Below are positions 12,015 through 23,705 of a DNA stretch of 64,000 nucleotides, piece by piece. The notes beneath the pieces were generated by a model. It saw only the letters and a list, made by a program, of their open reading frames with translations. It was not told the origin of the DNA and searched no databases. Source of the DNA: Batkoa obscura (lineage: Eukaryota). Position 1 is the stretch's first letter, and the number at the start of each line of letters is the position of its first letter. The DNA is taken from the NCBI GenBank assembly GCA_030770535.1, contig JASVEC010000013.1:124001-188000 (forward strand), given 5' to 3'. A program made the position numbers and the translations under genes.

Positions 12015-14060
12015 TTAAGTAATAACAGTTGGTTCTTTTCTATCAGTAAATTCGGTTAATTTTGAAATTTGTAAAGCAGCTTCAATTAATGGTTTAAGAG
12101 CTTCTGGAGCTTCTTGTTCTGCTTTAATAGCATCAGCTTCATATTTTTCAACATACATACGAATAGTAGCACCACTAGAGCCAGTACCTGATAATCTAAA
12201 AATAACTCGACTACCACATTCAAAGATGAATCTTAAACCCTATTAATGTTAATATTAATATTAATATTATATTAATAATAGTTATAAACTTACTTGATTT
12301 TTTGAAATGGAATGATCAATTGGATCAGTATATTCAAAATTATCTGTTTTCTTTACAGTGAATACATTGAATTTTTGACCAACAAATTCATTCTTATTAA
12401 TTTTTTCTAATAAATAATCCATCATATTCTTAGCTTTAACAGAATCTACTTCTTCATAATCATATCTTGAAAAATAATTACGACCAAATTGTTGATAATG
12501 TTTACTTAATATTTTCTTAATAGTAATTGTATTATCAATTTCATTAATACTAGCTAATATATTTAACCAAGCTAAAATAGCCCATAGTCCATCTTTTTCT
12601 CTAATATGATTACTACCTGTACCAAAAGACTCTTCACCACAAATCGATAATTTATTAGCATCCATCAAATTACCAAAAAACTTCCATCCAGTAGGTACTT
12701 CATAACATGTATATTTTAATCCTTCAGCAACTCGATCTAAAGCAGTAGATGTAGGCATTGAACGAGCTAATCCAGTAATTGGATTTTTCTTAAAGTAAGG
12801 AATAAATTTTGAATTAGCTGCAATAATAGCTACGGAATCAGATGGGTTAACGAATGCATCATAAGCTAAGATCATATTACGATCCCCATCCCCATCGGAA
12901 GCAGCCCCAAAAGAAATTTGATTTTGGTTTACTTTTTCAACTAATTCATGAGCATAAGTTAAATTAGGGTCTGGATGACCATTATTAAAAGTAGGAGATG
13001 GAATACAATTCATTATTGAATTCGAAGATAAATTTAATTCTTTAATAAATAAACGTTGAGCATATTCTCCAGTCACTCCATGCATACCATCAAATAAAAA
13101 TTTAAAATCGGATCTAGTTGAAATAAAATTTTGAATTAATTTAAAATCAAAGATTTCTTTCATTAATTGAACATAATCTTCAATGGAATCAATAATTTCA
13201 ATAATAAAATTATTATATTCAATAGTTCCTATTTTAGAAATATCAATCTATAATTAAAAATATATTATTAATTATTATATTATATTATATTAAATTATAT
13301 TATATAATTTACATCTTGAATATCAGCTAATGAATATTCTTTAATAATTTTAGTATATTCATAAATTTTATCAGTAATTGATTCAGGAGCAGGTCCTATT
13401 ATAAAATAAATATAGAATATAAATAAACATATAAACTAATAATTATTATAATATTATATTTTACCTCCATTGGATACATTATATTTGATACCAAAATCAT
13501 TTTCTGGGCCTAATTAATTAAAAATATTAATTAAATTATATATTATATATTATTATATATTATTATATTATTTACCTCCTGGATTATGAGATGCAGTTAA
13601 TAAAATACCACCTAATAAAAAATAAACAACTATAACTATAAATATATAAATAATTTCTTACCATCAGCCTTAAGTTTACGAATTAAATTAGAAGCAGCAG
13701 GAGTAGATAAAATCCCATTTTGACCAATAATTAATTTAGCTACCTAACAATAATATATTATTAATAAACAATTTTATTTTGGTTATTATTCTATTTTAGT
13801 TTTATACAACTTACCCCATTACCAGCTGCAATTTTAATAATCTTTTGGACAGCTTCTTCAGAAAAATATCTTCCATCTCCACCAACAACAAGGGTTTTTC
13901 CTTGACATCCATTAGGAATAGCTTGTAAGGTAGCTTGAATAAAATTTTCGGTATAATGTTGTTGAGAGAATACAGCTACTTTTTTACGTAATCCAGAAGT
14001 GCCTGGTTTTTGACCATCAAAAATAGTCGTAGGAATTTGTTGAATTGTAAAAGTACTCAT
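12015..14060 (-). CDS. PGM: Phosphoglucomutase, multi-exon
   Basis: [58 protein letters not shown]-terminal PTVIT*. Confidence 0.96.
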
Positions 14061-14475
14061 TTTGTTATTATTTTGAAATGAAATAAAGATTGTTTAAGAG
14101 TTTAACTAAATGTATTTATAGTTTCATTATTGAGGTTAATTAATTATTTGCTTATTGTTATTTGTACAATTTAATTTATCCATGAAATTTTATTAGTCGA
14201 TTTCTTATCAAATCAGAATTTCAAAAGTCAAGTAGCTTTAGATTCTATCGTTTTAATTGGTTCAATATAAAGTTCTAAAAAATAAAAAAAGAATTGGTGG
14301 CAAAATTTTAAATTTATTCATACGTCATCTTACAAAATCAAATATTTGTAGAAGTAATAATAATAACATTACATAATAAACATAATCCTCAATTATTATA
14401 ATAAATATAATTATAAAATAATTTATAATTCATAATTCATAATTCATCAAACTAATATTTTATTCGTTCATTTAT

Positions 14476-15742
14476 CTAATACTTATAAAACCCTCTACCT
14501 GATTTTTTACCTAACCATCCAGCATCCACATAAGTTCTTAATAAAGTAGCTGGACGATATTTAGAATCTCCAAATTGGTGATGTAATACATTCATAATAG
14601 CTAAACAAGTATCTAATCCAATAAAATCAGCTAATGTTAATGGTCCCATTGGATGATTAGTCCCTAATTTCATTGTAGTATCAATATCTTCTTTGGTAGC
14701 AACACCCTAAAAGAGAAAGAAGAATAAAGTTAATATGTATCTAAAGGAGAAAAAGGGAGATAAACTTACTTCTTGTAATGTAAAAATAGCTTCATTAATA
14801 AATGGCATTAATAAACGATTGGCAATGAATCCAGGACTATCCTGGGATATAGTGGTGGTTTTACCTAGAAGAATGAAATTAATTATTACTATGTTAATAT
14901 TAATATAAGATCTATTATTTACCCATAACTTTTGATAATTCTAAAGTAGTATTTAAGGTATGAGTAGAAGTAGCTAATCCAGATATAATTTCAACTAATT
15001 TCATAACGGGTACTGGATTCATAAAATGCATACCAATGACCTATTAAAATAAAATATTAATATTAATATTAATAATATAATATAATAAATTAACTTACAT
15101 TCTCAGGTCGATTAGTTGAAGCAGCAATTTTAGTAATTGGGATAGAAGAAGTATTACTAGCTAATATTGCTTTTTTTTCAAGAATTTGATCCAATTTTTT
15201 AAAAATATCTTGTTTTACACTTAAATTTTCTACTACTGCTTCAACAACAAATTTTGATTCTCCTAGTCCTTCAATATCTTTTACTTTTTCAATTTTACTT
15301 AATATTAAGTCCTTTTGTTCTATTGAAATCTTATTTTTGGATACATCTTTTTCTAATAATTTAACTAAGAAATTATAACCTTTTTCTAAACTTTGGGGGT
15401 TATTATCATAGAATTGCACTTTTTTAATAGTATCAACCTTGGCCGCGACTAATCCAATTCCAATGCCCATTTGACCTGAGCCAACTACTGAAAAGGTATT
15501 GATTTCATTTAAAGTCAAGGAGTTAGACTAAGAATTGAAAAGGATGAATTAAGTAATTAAAAGTTGTAATAAAAAGTAATAATATACTTACTACTTCACT
15601 ACTTAATAGTTTAGATTTAGTATGAAATTTTGAAGTTGAAATCTAAGTTTAATTATAAATAAATATTATGAAAGTTTATTATTTTATATTAATTTACTCT
15701 TATTGATTGAATATTTTTCAAATTAGATTTTAATAATTGCAT
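14476..15742 (-). CDS. 3-hydroxybutyryl-CoA / 3-hydroxyacyl-CoA dehydrogenase, probably mitochondrial, multi-exon
   Basis: [73 protein letters not shown]. Likely start [15 protein letters not shown] at 15742. Confidence 0.92.
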
Positions 15743-16525
15743 TTTGTCTTTAATTGAGGAAAAAATAAAATTCATTGATTTTGATTTTTGATATTTATTT
15801 TCGATTAATTATATACTAGTTTTTTATTGGTTAGGTTTTTAAGATTAAATTTGAAGATTTTTTTAGTTGATTATTTATGTTATTAAAACAATTTAAATGA
15901 ATATAATAATACTGATAATATATATTTACTGAGTAGATATAATTAATTAATCAATTTTAATTAATAGAATATTAGAAACTATAACCTCAACCCTAACTAT
16001 TGTAAGATTCTGGCCCAAATTGAATGATTCTAATATCATTCTTTTGTTTCCTTACTTCATTTTTTTAATAAAAGAACCCAAATATTAAATAATATTTTAT
16101 TCAAATATAAATAAAAATTATAATTAAAAAATTTATTCATAACAAAGTTATTTATTTATCAATAATCTTTTAATATATTCTTTATAATTAAATTACTTAT
16201 AACAATAATAATAATATCATTATTATTGTTAATAGTATTATTATAATATAAAGTGTAGTGAATAATTAATAGAATAATAATACTTATTATAATAATTCAT
16301 ATTATTATTATTATTATTATTATAATAGAGTTTAAAAATGCATTTAAAGTAAAGTAAAGTATTAATTCAAAAATAATTATATAATGAATTAGAAATTGTA
16401 ATTTATATATTTACAGAGTCTAACAATTTATAAGGATCAGTTATACTTATAAAACCTAAACAATCTTCAATTACAACATTTAACAAATAGATTCATATAA
16501 TGAGTTTGTTAATATAAAGTTATCT

Positions 16526-16657
16526 TTAATGTCAATGGCCTTCACTGTTGGTAGTAAGAGGTAGTGGTGGGAGATTATTTTCATTGTCATGAGGGATTAA
16601 ACAAGCATTAGGAAATAAAAGAGATACAGTAGAAATAAAAAGGAAATTAAAATTCAT
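16526..16657 (-). CDS. HW-peptide family copy 5 (TGA at conserved Trp)
   Basis: MNFNFLFISTVSLLFPNACLIPHDNENNLPPLPLTTNSEGH-TGA-H-TAA; 44 codons, same length as the intact copy. Confidence 0.75.
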
Positions 16658-17112
16658 TATTATTTGGTTAAATTGAAAATGAAAGTAGAATTAAAAGAAA
16701 ACGATAAATGAATAAATGAATGAGTTTACATACCTAATATTCTAACCAATATGTAATATGAAAACAATTAAGTGATATAAGAAAATAAACATATTTTAAT
16801 AGAAAATAAATTCATATTAATTTATTGATATCTTAATAATAGTCCTATTAGTTCTATTAAGTGCTAGTAATTTATAAGACTAAATAAAAACGAGATTCAA
16901 TTCCATTCTCAGAATGAAAACCTATAATAATTATTAAATTCTTGATAAGATTATAAAACTAGTATATATTTATATATATTTGTATTGTTATAATAAAATA
17001 TGATTGATGAGCGTTAAACTTTCAAGCTTTATTCAACCACTATAGAATTCATCTATAAAATAAGAAAAAAAACCAAAACTATATATGTAGTGTCTTGTGT
17101 TTAATAATAATC

Positions 17113-17250
17113 TTAAGGTCAATGTCTTTCATAGTTGCTAGACTTAGACAAGTCTACAGTTTCCATGTTATTACTATAGATTAGGTAGGCATTGATAGAT
17201 AAAATAGATAAAATAGATATCATAAAGATAAAGATTAGATTAAAATACAT
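17113..17250 (-). CDS. HW-peptide family copy 6 (TGA at conserved Trp)
   Basis: MYFNLIFIFMISILSILSINAYLIYSNNMETVDLSKSSNYERH-TGA-P-TAA; upstream TTAATTAAATA. Confidence 0.75.
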
Positions 17251-17309
17251 TTGTTTCAATATTTAATTAACAATAGAAAACGTTTGTAAAAATAATGTAA
17301 ATTGTAATA

Positions 17310-17413
17310 TATGGGGGTGTTTTTTTAGTTTCATCACTTTTTACATTTTTTAAGCGCTATTTGAGTGGAAAAATTACTAGTAAAATTCTTAAACAAAAAA
17401 ATACATCCCCATA
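17310..17413 (+). mobile_element. MITE family A
   Basis: TA-TGGGGGTGT...ACATCCCCA-TA. Confidence 0.92.
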
Positions 17414-17655
17414 TGAGAATATCCGAATTGGTTTCATTTTTTTTATCTAATTTTTAAATATTTTAAGTATCAAAAACTTTGCTTAGCATTCTATAAAAGT
17501 AAATTAGTAGAATTTTTACTAAATATAATAGAAATTCCCGGATTAGCAAGCCTTCTACTAGTATAACTTATATGTTGACATTAATCAAAGTTGTAATATG
17601 TAAATAAATATATATTCCTATAAAACTCTATTGAGAAATATTTATTATTAATTGC

Positions 17656-18136
17656 TGTGAAAGTTGGTACTCAGTGGTTGGAGTTAAAAGCAGTTCTTGC
17701 TTAATTAACTTGCCTTGAGCTGAACGGTCTTAGTTCATATAACTAAGATAGACTTAAATGAATAAGATTAATACATAATGAGTTACGAATTATGTAAAAC
17801 AAATAGAATAGAAGATACTACTGTAAAATCTACGTAAGATGTTATCAGAAAGACTTAGTGGCTTTATTAATGATACGTTATTAGGGAGTAATTCAATTAA
17901 AAAGCTTCGAGTTAGTATGTTGAAGAACCTCTTTTGCATTCCAACTGAGTGGCTATATATAAGGAACATTATAGCAGTTATTCCTTATTATAGTTGCCAA
18001 GTATGGACATTAAAACGTGGACAATAAATTCTTCGTGGTCGGGTAGTAGTAATTCTCACAGCAAATCTATATAAGGAGCTCTGAATTGATTATTATGTTA
18101 TAATCAATCATAGAGCTAATGAACCGATATTTCATA
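17656..18136. mobile_element. Solo LTR, second copy
   Basis: Aligns in direct orientation with 10341-10802 (TGTGAAAGTTG...CTTGCTTAATTAACTTGCCTTGAG...ATATTTCATA); flanks ATTGC and AAGAC do not match. Confidence 0.85.
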
Positions 18137-19222
18137 AAGACTTATAAATTTAAAAACTTAAAATTTAGATTAATTTTTAGCCGAATTTTGAAACCAATTG
18201 GTGCACCCTTATATATTAAGCATTACTTGTACTTGATTTTAAATAATCATAAAAACTAATTTATATAAGTTGTATTAATTTCAACTATGTGGAACTGAGA
18301 TAGTGTTATTCAAATAAATAATAAAAGCCTAAATTACTATTGAAAATGCTAATAAAATAAATTGACAGTAAATAGAAGGTACAGTGATAAATAAAGCTAA
18401 TTTATTTATTTTATTAACAAATAACTATAGTTTTGTTTCTAATCAGTAGATAAATCAATTGTATGATTTTTGATGATAGTGTTCTAATAGTAAAAACATC
18501 TATTACCTTCTGTTTAATCTAATAAATTCATTTATCAATTGTTGCTAAAATCAAAGCTAAAACGTTATTTTGAATTGATAGTATTCTATACCTTTTTTCA
18601 TAATTGTACAATTTATTTTTTACGATTTTAACTTCCTTAGAATATTGAATGCTGGATAATTCCACTTAACATTTTGACTTTAATTTGTATATTTTAGGCT
18701 GATTCAACAGCTTTTAACATTATTAATGGGTTAAATTATAGAATATTTATATAAAATACTTAAATAAGAATAGTATATTTATTAAAAAATACCAATAAAA
18801 GACTAACAAAATTTTAATAAATTGCAATATTATAGACGTTCATGCATTTAACAATATAAAAGCTTAATGGTCTTTTTAACATTGATAATCTAAATCTTTT
18901 TTTATAATAACAATTACTTGATTTATGTATAATTTATAAAATATACATATATTATAATATTATTAAAACTTTTCATTTTTTTAAACATTAATAATGTATT
19001 AAACATTTGTAGTTTAAGTCACAAAATTGGTCTATAAATTTTATATAAGGAATTTTATTAATTTTTGTATGAAAAATTATTTAGATAAAATATAAAAGTG
19101 AAAAGTAGTCTGTTACATTGTTAAACAGTAATTAATCAACATTTCATTACCCTGAAATTTTAATCAACTTTAAAGTATCAGTAATCAACCCTATAACATA
19201 TAACCAATGTGTACAACGATAT

Positions 19223-19354
19223 TTATAACCAATGATCTGTAATAGAAGTAGTTATAGACTATATAAAACTAATTAATCTATCACAAGGAAATAGATAAAC
19301 CTTGGTAGTAGTTAAAATGGATACGACAAAAGCTAGGATCAATCTGAAGTTCAT
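19223..19354 (-). pseudogene. HW-peptide family copy 7 (internal TAG)
   Basis: MNFRLILAFVVSILTTTKVYLFPCDRLISFI*SITTSITDHWL*; 44 codons, frame intact. Confidence 0.8.
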
Positions 19355-20598
19355 TTTATAATTAATTTCTGTCAAAATAATATAATAACATTAAAATATA
19401 AGTTGTTTATATACTTGACTCAAATTAAAGTTATATTGATAGTATGTCACATAAGTAAATTGAGTATGATCTGTGCTAACGAAGTGTTCTATATGATGTA
19501 TTTTAAAACCGTTTTGTATATCAAGGAATAGATCCTCAATAAAAAATTGAGTTTTTAGGTCTTTTTAAACTATTAATTAAAAAAGTGTAAAATATCAAAA
19601 ATCCTTAATATAAACAAAATATTGTTATAACTAGCTATATTAAGTCCAATAGATTCCTCAACTTAGAAGTTGTTACTAACAAAAAGGACTAACATACAGT
19701 ATTAAAGTCTATATTACATAGTAAAGCATTTTATTATTATCTTAAAGTAGTTACTCTCTTTTTAAAAAGGTGACATTATTTCTTTTAATAAGCTATTCAA
19801 TTCACTTTTTGATAATTTCAAACTTACCATGCACTAACTTTCAATAATAAAGGTGATTATTAAAGGAAGATCAATATATTAAATGAAACAAAAAAAAGAT
19901 TATTAAAAGGAAAAACAATAAGAAGTTGATAGTATAAATTCATATGAATGGTAAAATCTTGACTACAAATTTAAATGTGATTGTTTTATACCATGATTTT
20001 TTAAAATGGAATTAGTACTGATAAAAATTGATGTTTTTTACACAAAAAGGCTGATATTAGTTTATCTTAACTAATATTAATATACTATGTTCCTGAAATT
20101 TAATACATTAATCGAGCCTCAAAATTCTATAAAATAATCATATTAATTTATTAAATAAAAATAGTGTCCAATATAGATGATTTATAATAATGGACCAATT
20201 TATCTAAAACATTTACGTTTTGGTTATTAAAGAGCTTAAACTAATAAACTGAAAGTTTGTAATATAAAAAATCTTTATTTCAATATAAAGTCCTAGTTAC
20301 ATTTAAGTTATCTCTCACTTTTGATTTATATCTTAAAAGTTTTCATAATATATTATATGACATATGTGTTAAAGTTATTAATTTAATGTACTAATTAGTA
20401 ATTTTCAAGATTAAAATTATAAATTATAATATTAAATTATGGATTTTTATTTTAATATTTTAAAAAATGATAAATTTTATAAAAATTACTAAAGCAGTAT
20501 CTTATAGCATCTTAAAATTTATTATTTTAAAGAAAAAGTCTGAAAAGATTAAAAATAAATCCAGAAGCATACAAAAGCACTAAAATAACAATGCATCT

Positions 20599-20724
20599 TT
20601 AAGACCAATGTCCGCATCTTCAACCAAAGATAGGTTCTGATGGTGGGATTTCATTAGCGACAGTTAAATGAACATCAGCTGCTAAAACGAATACACTAAA
20701 GGGAAGGATTAATTTGAAATTCAT
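20599..20724 (-). pseudogene. HW-peptide family copy 8 (internal TGA)
   Basis: MNFKLILPFSVFVLAADVHLTVANEIPPSEPIFG*RCGHWS*; frame intact. Confidence 0.8.
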
Positions 20725-20878
20725 ATTGTTATTATTTGATTAATGTTAAATATCTTATTAAGATGTTAAATTAATATTAACTGTTGACACTTTTATACTT
20801 AGTTTGATCTAATGTTCTATAAGTGCTATGGGATTAGATAAAGGTCTTTAACATGGGTGTTGTAGCATTATTTTTTGA

Positions 20879-20983
20879 TATGTGAATGTATTTTTGTGTT
20901 TAAGAATTTCACTAACAATTTTTCCGCTCAAATAGTGCTTAAAACATGGAAAAAACAATGAAGCCAAAAAAGACACCCCCATA
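20879..20983 (-). mobile_element. MITE family A
   Basis: TA-TGTGAATGT...ACACCCCCA-TA. Confidence 0.88.
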
Positions 20984-21112
20984 TGTTCGCCCATTTTGGA
21001 GATACTAATCCATGTAGAGATAAATCCTAAAACCTTAAATACACTAATTGAAATAGTAAAAATCTAATTAAATAGAATTTATTAAGTATAAAACTGAGAG
21101 CATTTATTAAGA

Positions 21113-21217
21113 TATGGGGATGTATTTTTTTGTTTAAGAATTTTACTAACAATCTTTCCACCAAAATAGCGCTTGAAAAATGGAAAAAGTGATGAAGCCA
21201 AAAAAAACATCTCCATA
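21113..21217 (-). mobile_element. MITE family A
   Basis: TA-TGGGGATGT...ACATCTCCA-TA. Confidence 0.9.
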
Positions 21218-22025
21218 TGCATACATTCAACAAAAGTAATTCCCTTTATCTTTCCTGTCAAGAATATATGTTTTAAACTCCCTGGTAATAGTTTTACAGC
21301 CAAAGTCATCAAATTGCCATACATTTATGATTTCAATCGATTGTTCTATAAATTAGCGATACGGTAATCAAAACTTTCACAATTACTTTAGTTAAAATAA
21401 TTTTGTGTAAAATTTTAAGTTTATAAAAATTTAAAAAATCAATTCAAAACTACAAGATAGAAAAAACAAAAACAATAATGAAACCAATTATGATTCTATT
21501 ATAGCTTCTATTTCAAATGATACTATATAGGCAGCATCTTATTATTATAATAAAGCTTATCTTTACCTTTATAATATTCTTTTATCTTAACTTTCATTTT
21601 TATTTTCAAAATTAGCTATCAAAATTCTCACAGGATTTGCATAATAAAAAATAGATTATGTACCTATAATTAATTGGTTATATTATAGCATTTTGATATT
21701 AAATAAAATATTGTATCTATAATATTCTTATTAAAACATTATATTTGTTATTGTTTTATTCTTTATTAAACTGGCCCTTTGATCCTAACAGTATAAAGTG
21801 ATTATACACGATAATATTAAATTCAAATTGTTTAGTATTTAAGTTTTTTGTTTACTTTTTATACAGGTTAAGAGTATCGATACTGCTAATGATTATTAAT
21901 TTTCTAAAATGAGCAAATGATTATTCCTCAAGCGCTTTGTTTTGTTGCCTATAACTTATATACGTTTAACTTGTATAATAGAATAAGAAAGGGAAACATT
22001 AATTGCTTTTATTTTTTTTTAAAAG

Positions 22026-23468
22026 TTAAGCTTTATTTTCCTTAACCGTATTCATCCCTCTTATGCCTTTAATATGCGATTTTGCAGGCACTAGAATAAC
22101 ATTGTCGTCTTCAATTTCGTGAGAATGGCTGAATATTTCAGTATTATAATAATCATTATTTACATCTAAAGGATTAATTGGCTTAATTAGAATAGGTTCA
22201 AGTATAGTGCTTGGAGGTCTTTCCTTTCTTAATTTGCGTCTATAAAAAAGAAATAACACAGCTCCAGATATTAGTATAATACCTCCGATTCCTCCACTAA
22301 TGCCTCCAATCAAAGCGCCATTGTTACTCTTTTCTCCTTTACCTCCTTTGTCTTTAACTGTGATTTTTTCTTCAATTTTGTTATCAATATTACTATTTTT
22401 AACTGATGAAGATATATGATCGATCTGCTCCCAATCAGTCATATTTATTAATTGAACTCTATTCGTACTTTGAAGCATATTTTTCTTTTTCCTTTCTGAT
22501 TAAATAAGAATAAAGCCAAATGAATTCATTAAATAGTTTTTATAAACACCAAAACAACCATCATTGTTTATTCTAATCTGCTTAATTTTTTTGAATGAAA
22601 ATGGTGATAACTTCAATTCAAAAATATCACCTAAAAAATAACTCCCAGATTCTTCATACCCGAGAAAATAAACTGACTGGTTATATTTTATTACTTCAAA
22701 ATAGCTATATTTATTGATTTTAATATCATAAGATTTTGGGCTTTTTGAAACTAAATTTATTTCATGCAATTTATCATAACTTTCTATATCGTACTGCTTT
22801 TCTTCTAAGTATTTGAAATAATATATACTATTGTTTAAAATGAATAATTGATGCATAGTTTCACTTTCAGGTAAGTTAAAGACTGGCTTAATTTTCTTAG
22901 TTTCAATGTCAAATAGTTGTAATTGGAATGATTTTACTTTCTCTGGTTCGGTAACCCTGAAATTACCAGAAATATAAAATTGGCTATTGTTTTTTTCATT
23001 TTGTGAAATATAATAATCTTGTGATATTACTTTAATTTTTGAACTTATTGTATTAAAACCTTTATATAAATTTGTAATAACATACTCGTCATGCCATTCT
23101 TTTTTATTAATATCAAAATATTTAAACGACAATAACTTACTATCTTTATTTTTATAAAAAGCTACTATAGTTTTGACCCCACCTTTAATTGTAGAAAAAA
23201 CATTTGGGTAAACATAAATTTCTTCTGGGTAATTAGTTACATTATATGTTTCCCACTCCGCGGTATTATCTACTAATTTAAACCCATCTTTTAAATCCAA
23301 TGTAAATAACTTCTCATTCAATTTGATTCCATTCACATTTGGCAAATATACACTCCCGCCTAAATAGTACACTTTATCTTCAATTATAACGCAGCCACCA
23401 GATTGTACCCTTGGTGAAAAAGCTGCAGCTCTATTAAGTAAAAAAATACCAAGTAATAGAACAAACAT
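22026..23468 (-). CDS. Kelch/beta-propeller-like type I membrane protein, interrupted by one in-frame TAA (22500-22502)
   Basis: Signal peptide, PRVQSGGCVIIEDKVYYLGG, TM segment LIGGISGGIGGIILISGAVLFLFY-RRK. The two track ORFs are in the same frame, 7 codons apart. Confidence 0.75.
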
Positions 23469-23589
23469 TAAAAAAGGTATCGAATGATTGTTACTTAATT
23501 TAAGGACATATCATATTTGTAAAAACTTTCTTTAAACCAATTATAAATAATAATAATAAATATACTCTAATGATATTATATTTGTAATA

Positions 23590-23685
23590 TTTGGAGGTGT
23601 TTCCTGGTTTCATTAATTTTCCATTTTTAAGCACTATCTAAGTGGACGTTGTTAGTAAAGCTAAACAAGAAAATACATCCCCATT
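23590..23685 (+). mobile_element. MITE family A, degenerate
   Basis: TGGAGGTGTTT..CCATTTTTAAGCACTAT..GTTAGTAAA..ACATCCCCA. Confidence 0.8.
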
Positions 23686-23705
23686 TATTTGTTTTCAATT
23701 TTAGA

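Noticed and set aside
16526..17250. TGA as selenocysteine or an alternative genetic code
   Set aside because: TGA aligns with Trp rather than Cys, no SECIS was recognised, and normal genes here terminate at TGA.
17839..18027. 62-aa ORF and coding-like minus frame in the repeated element, considered as a transposase/TnpB relic
   Set aside because: Lies inside the solo LTR; frames are not conserved between the two copies and show no catalytic motifs.
21027..21367. Short track ORFs with FPFFKRY..GKIVSKILKQKNTSP (also 43055-43270 and 51056-51238)
   Set aside because: They are translations of MITE family A, not a protein family.
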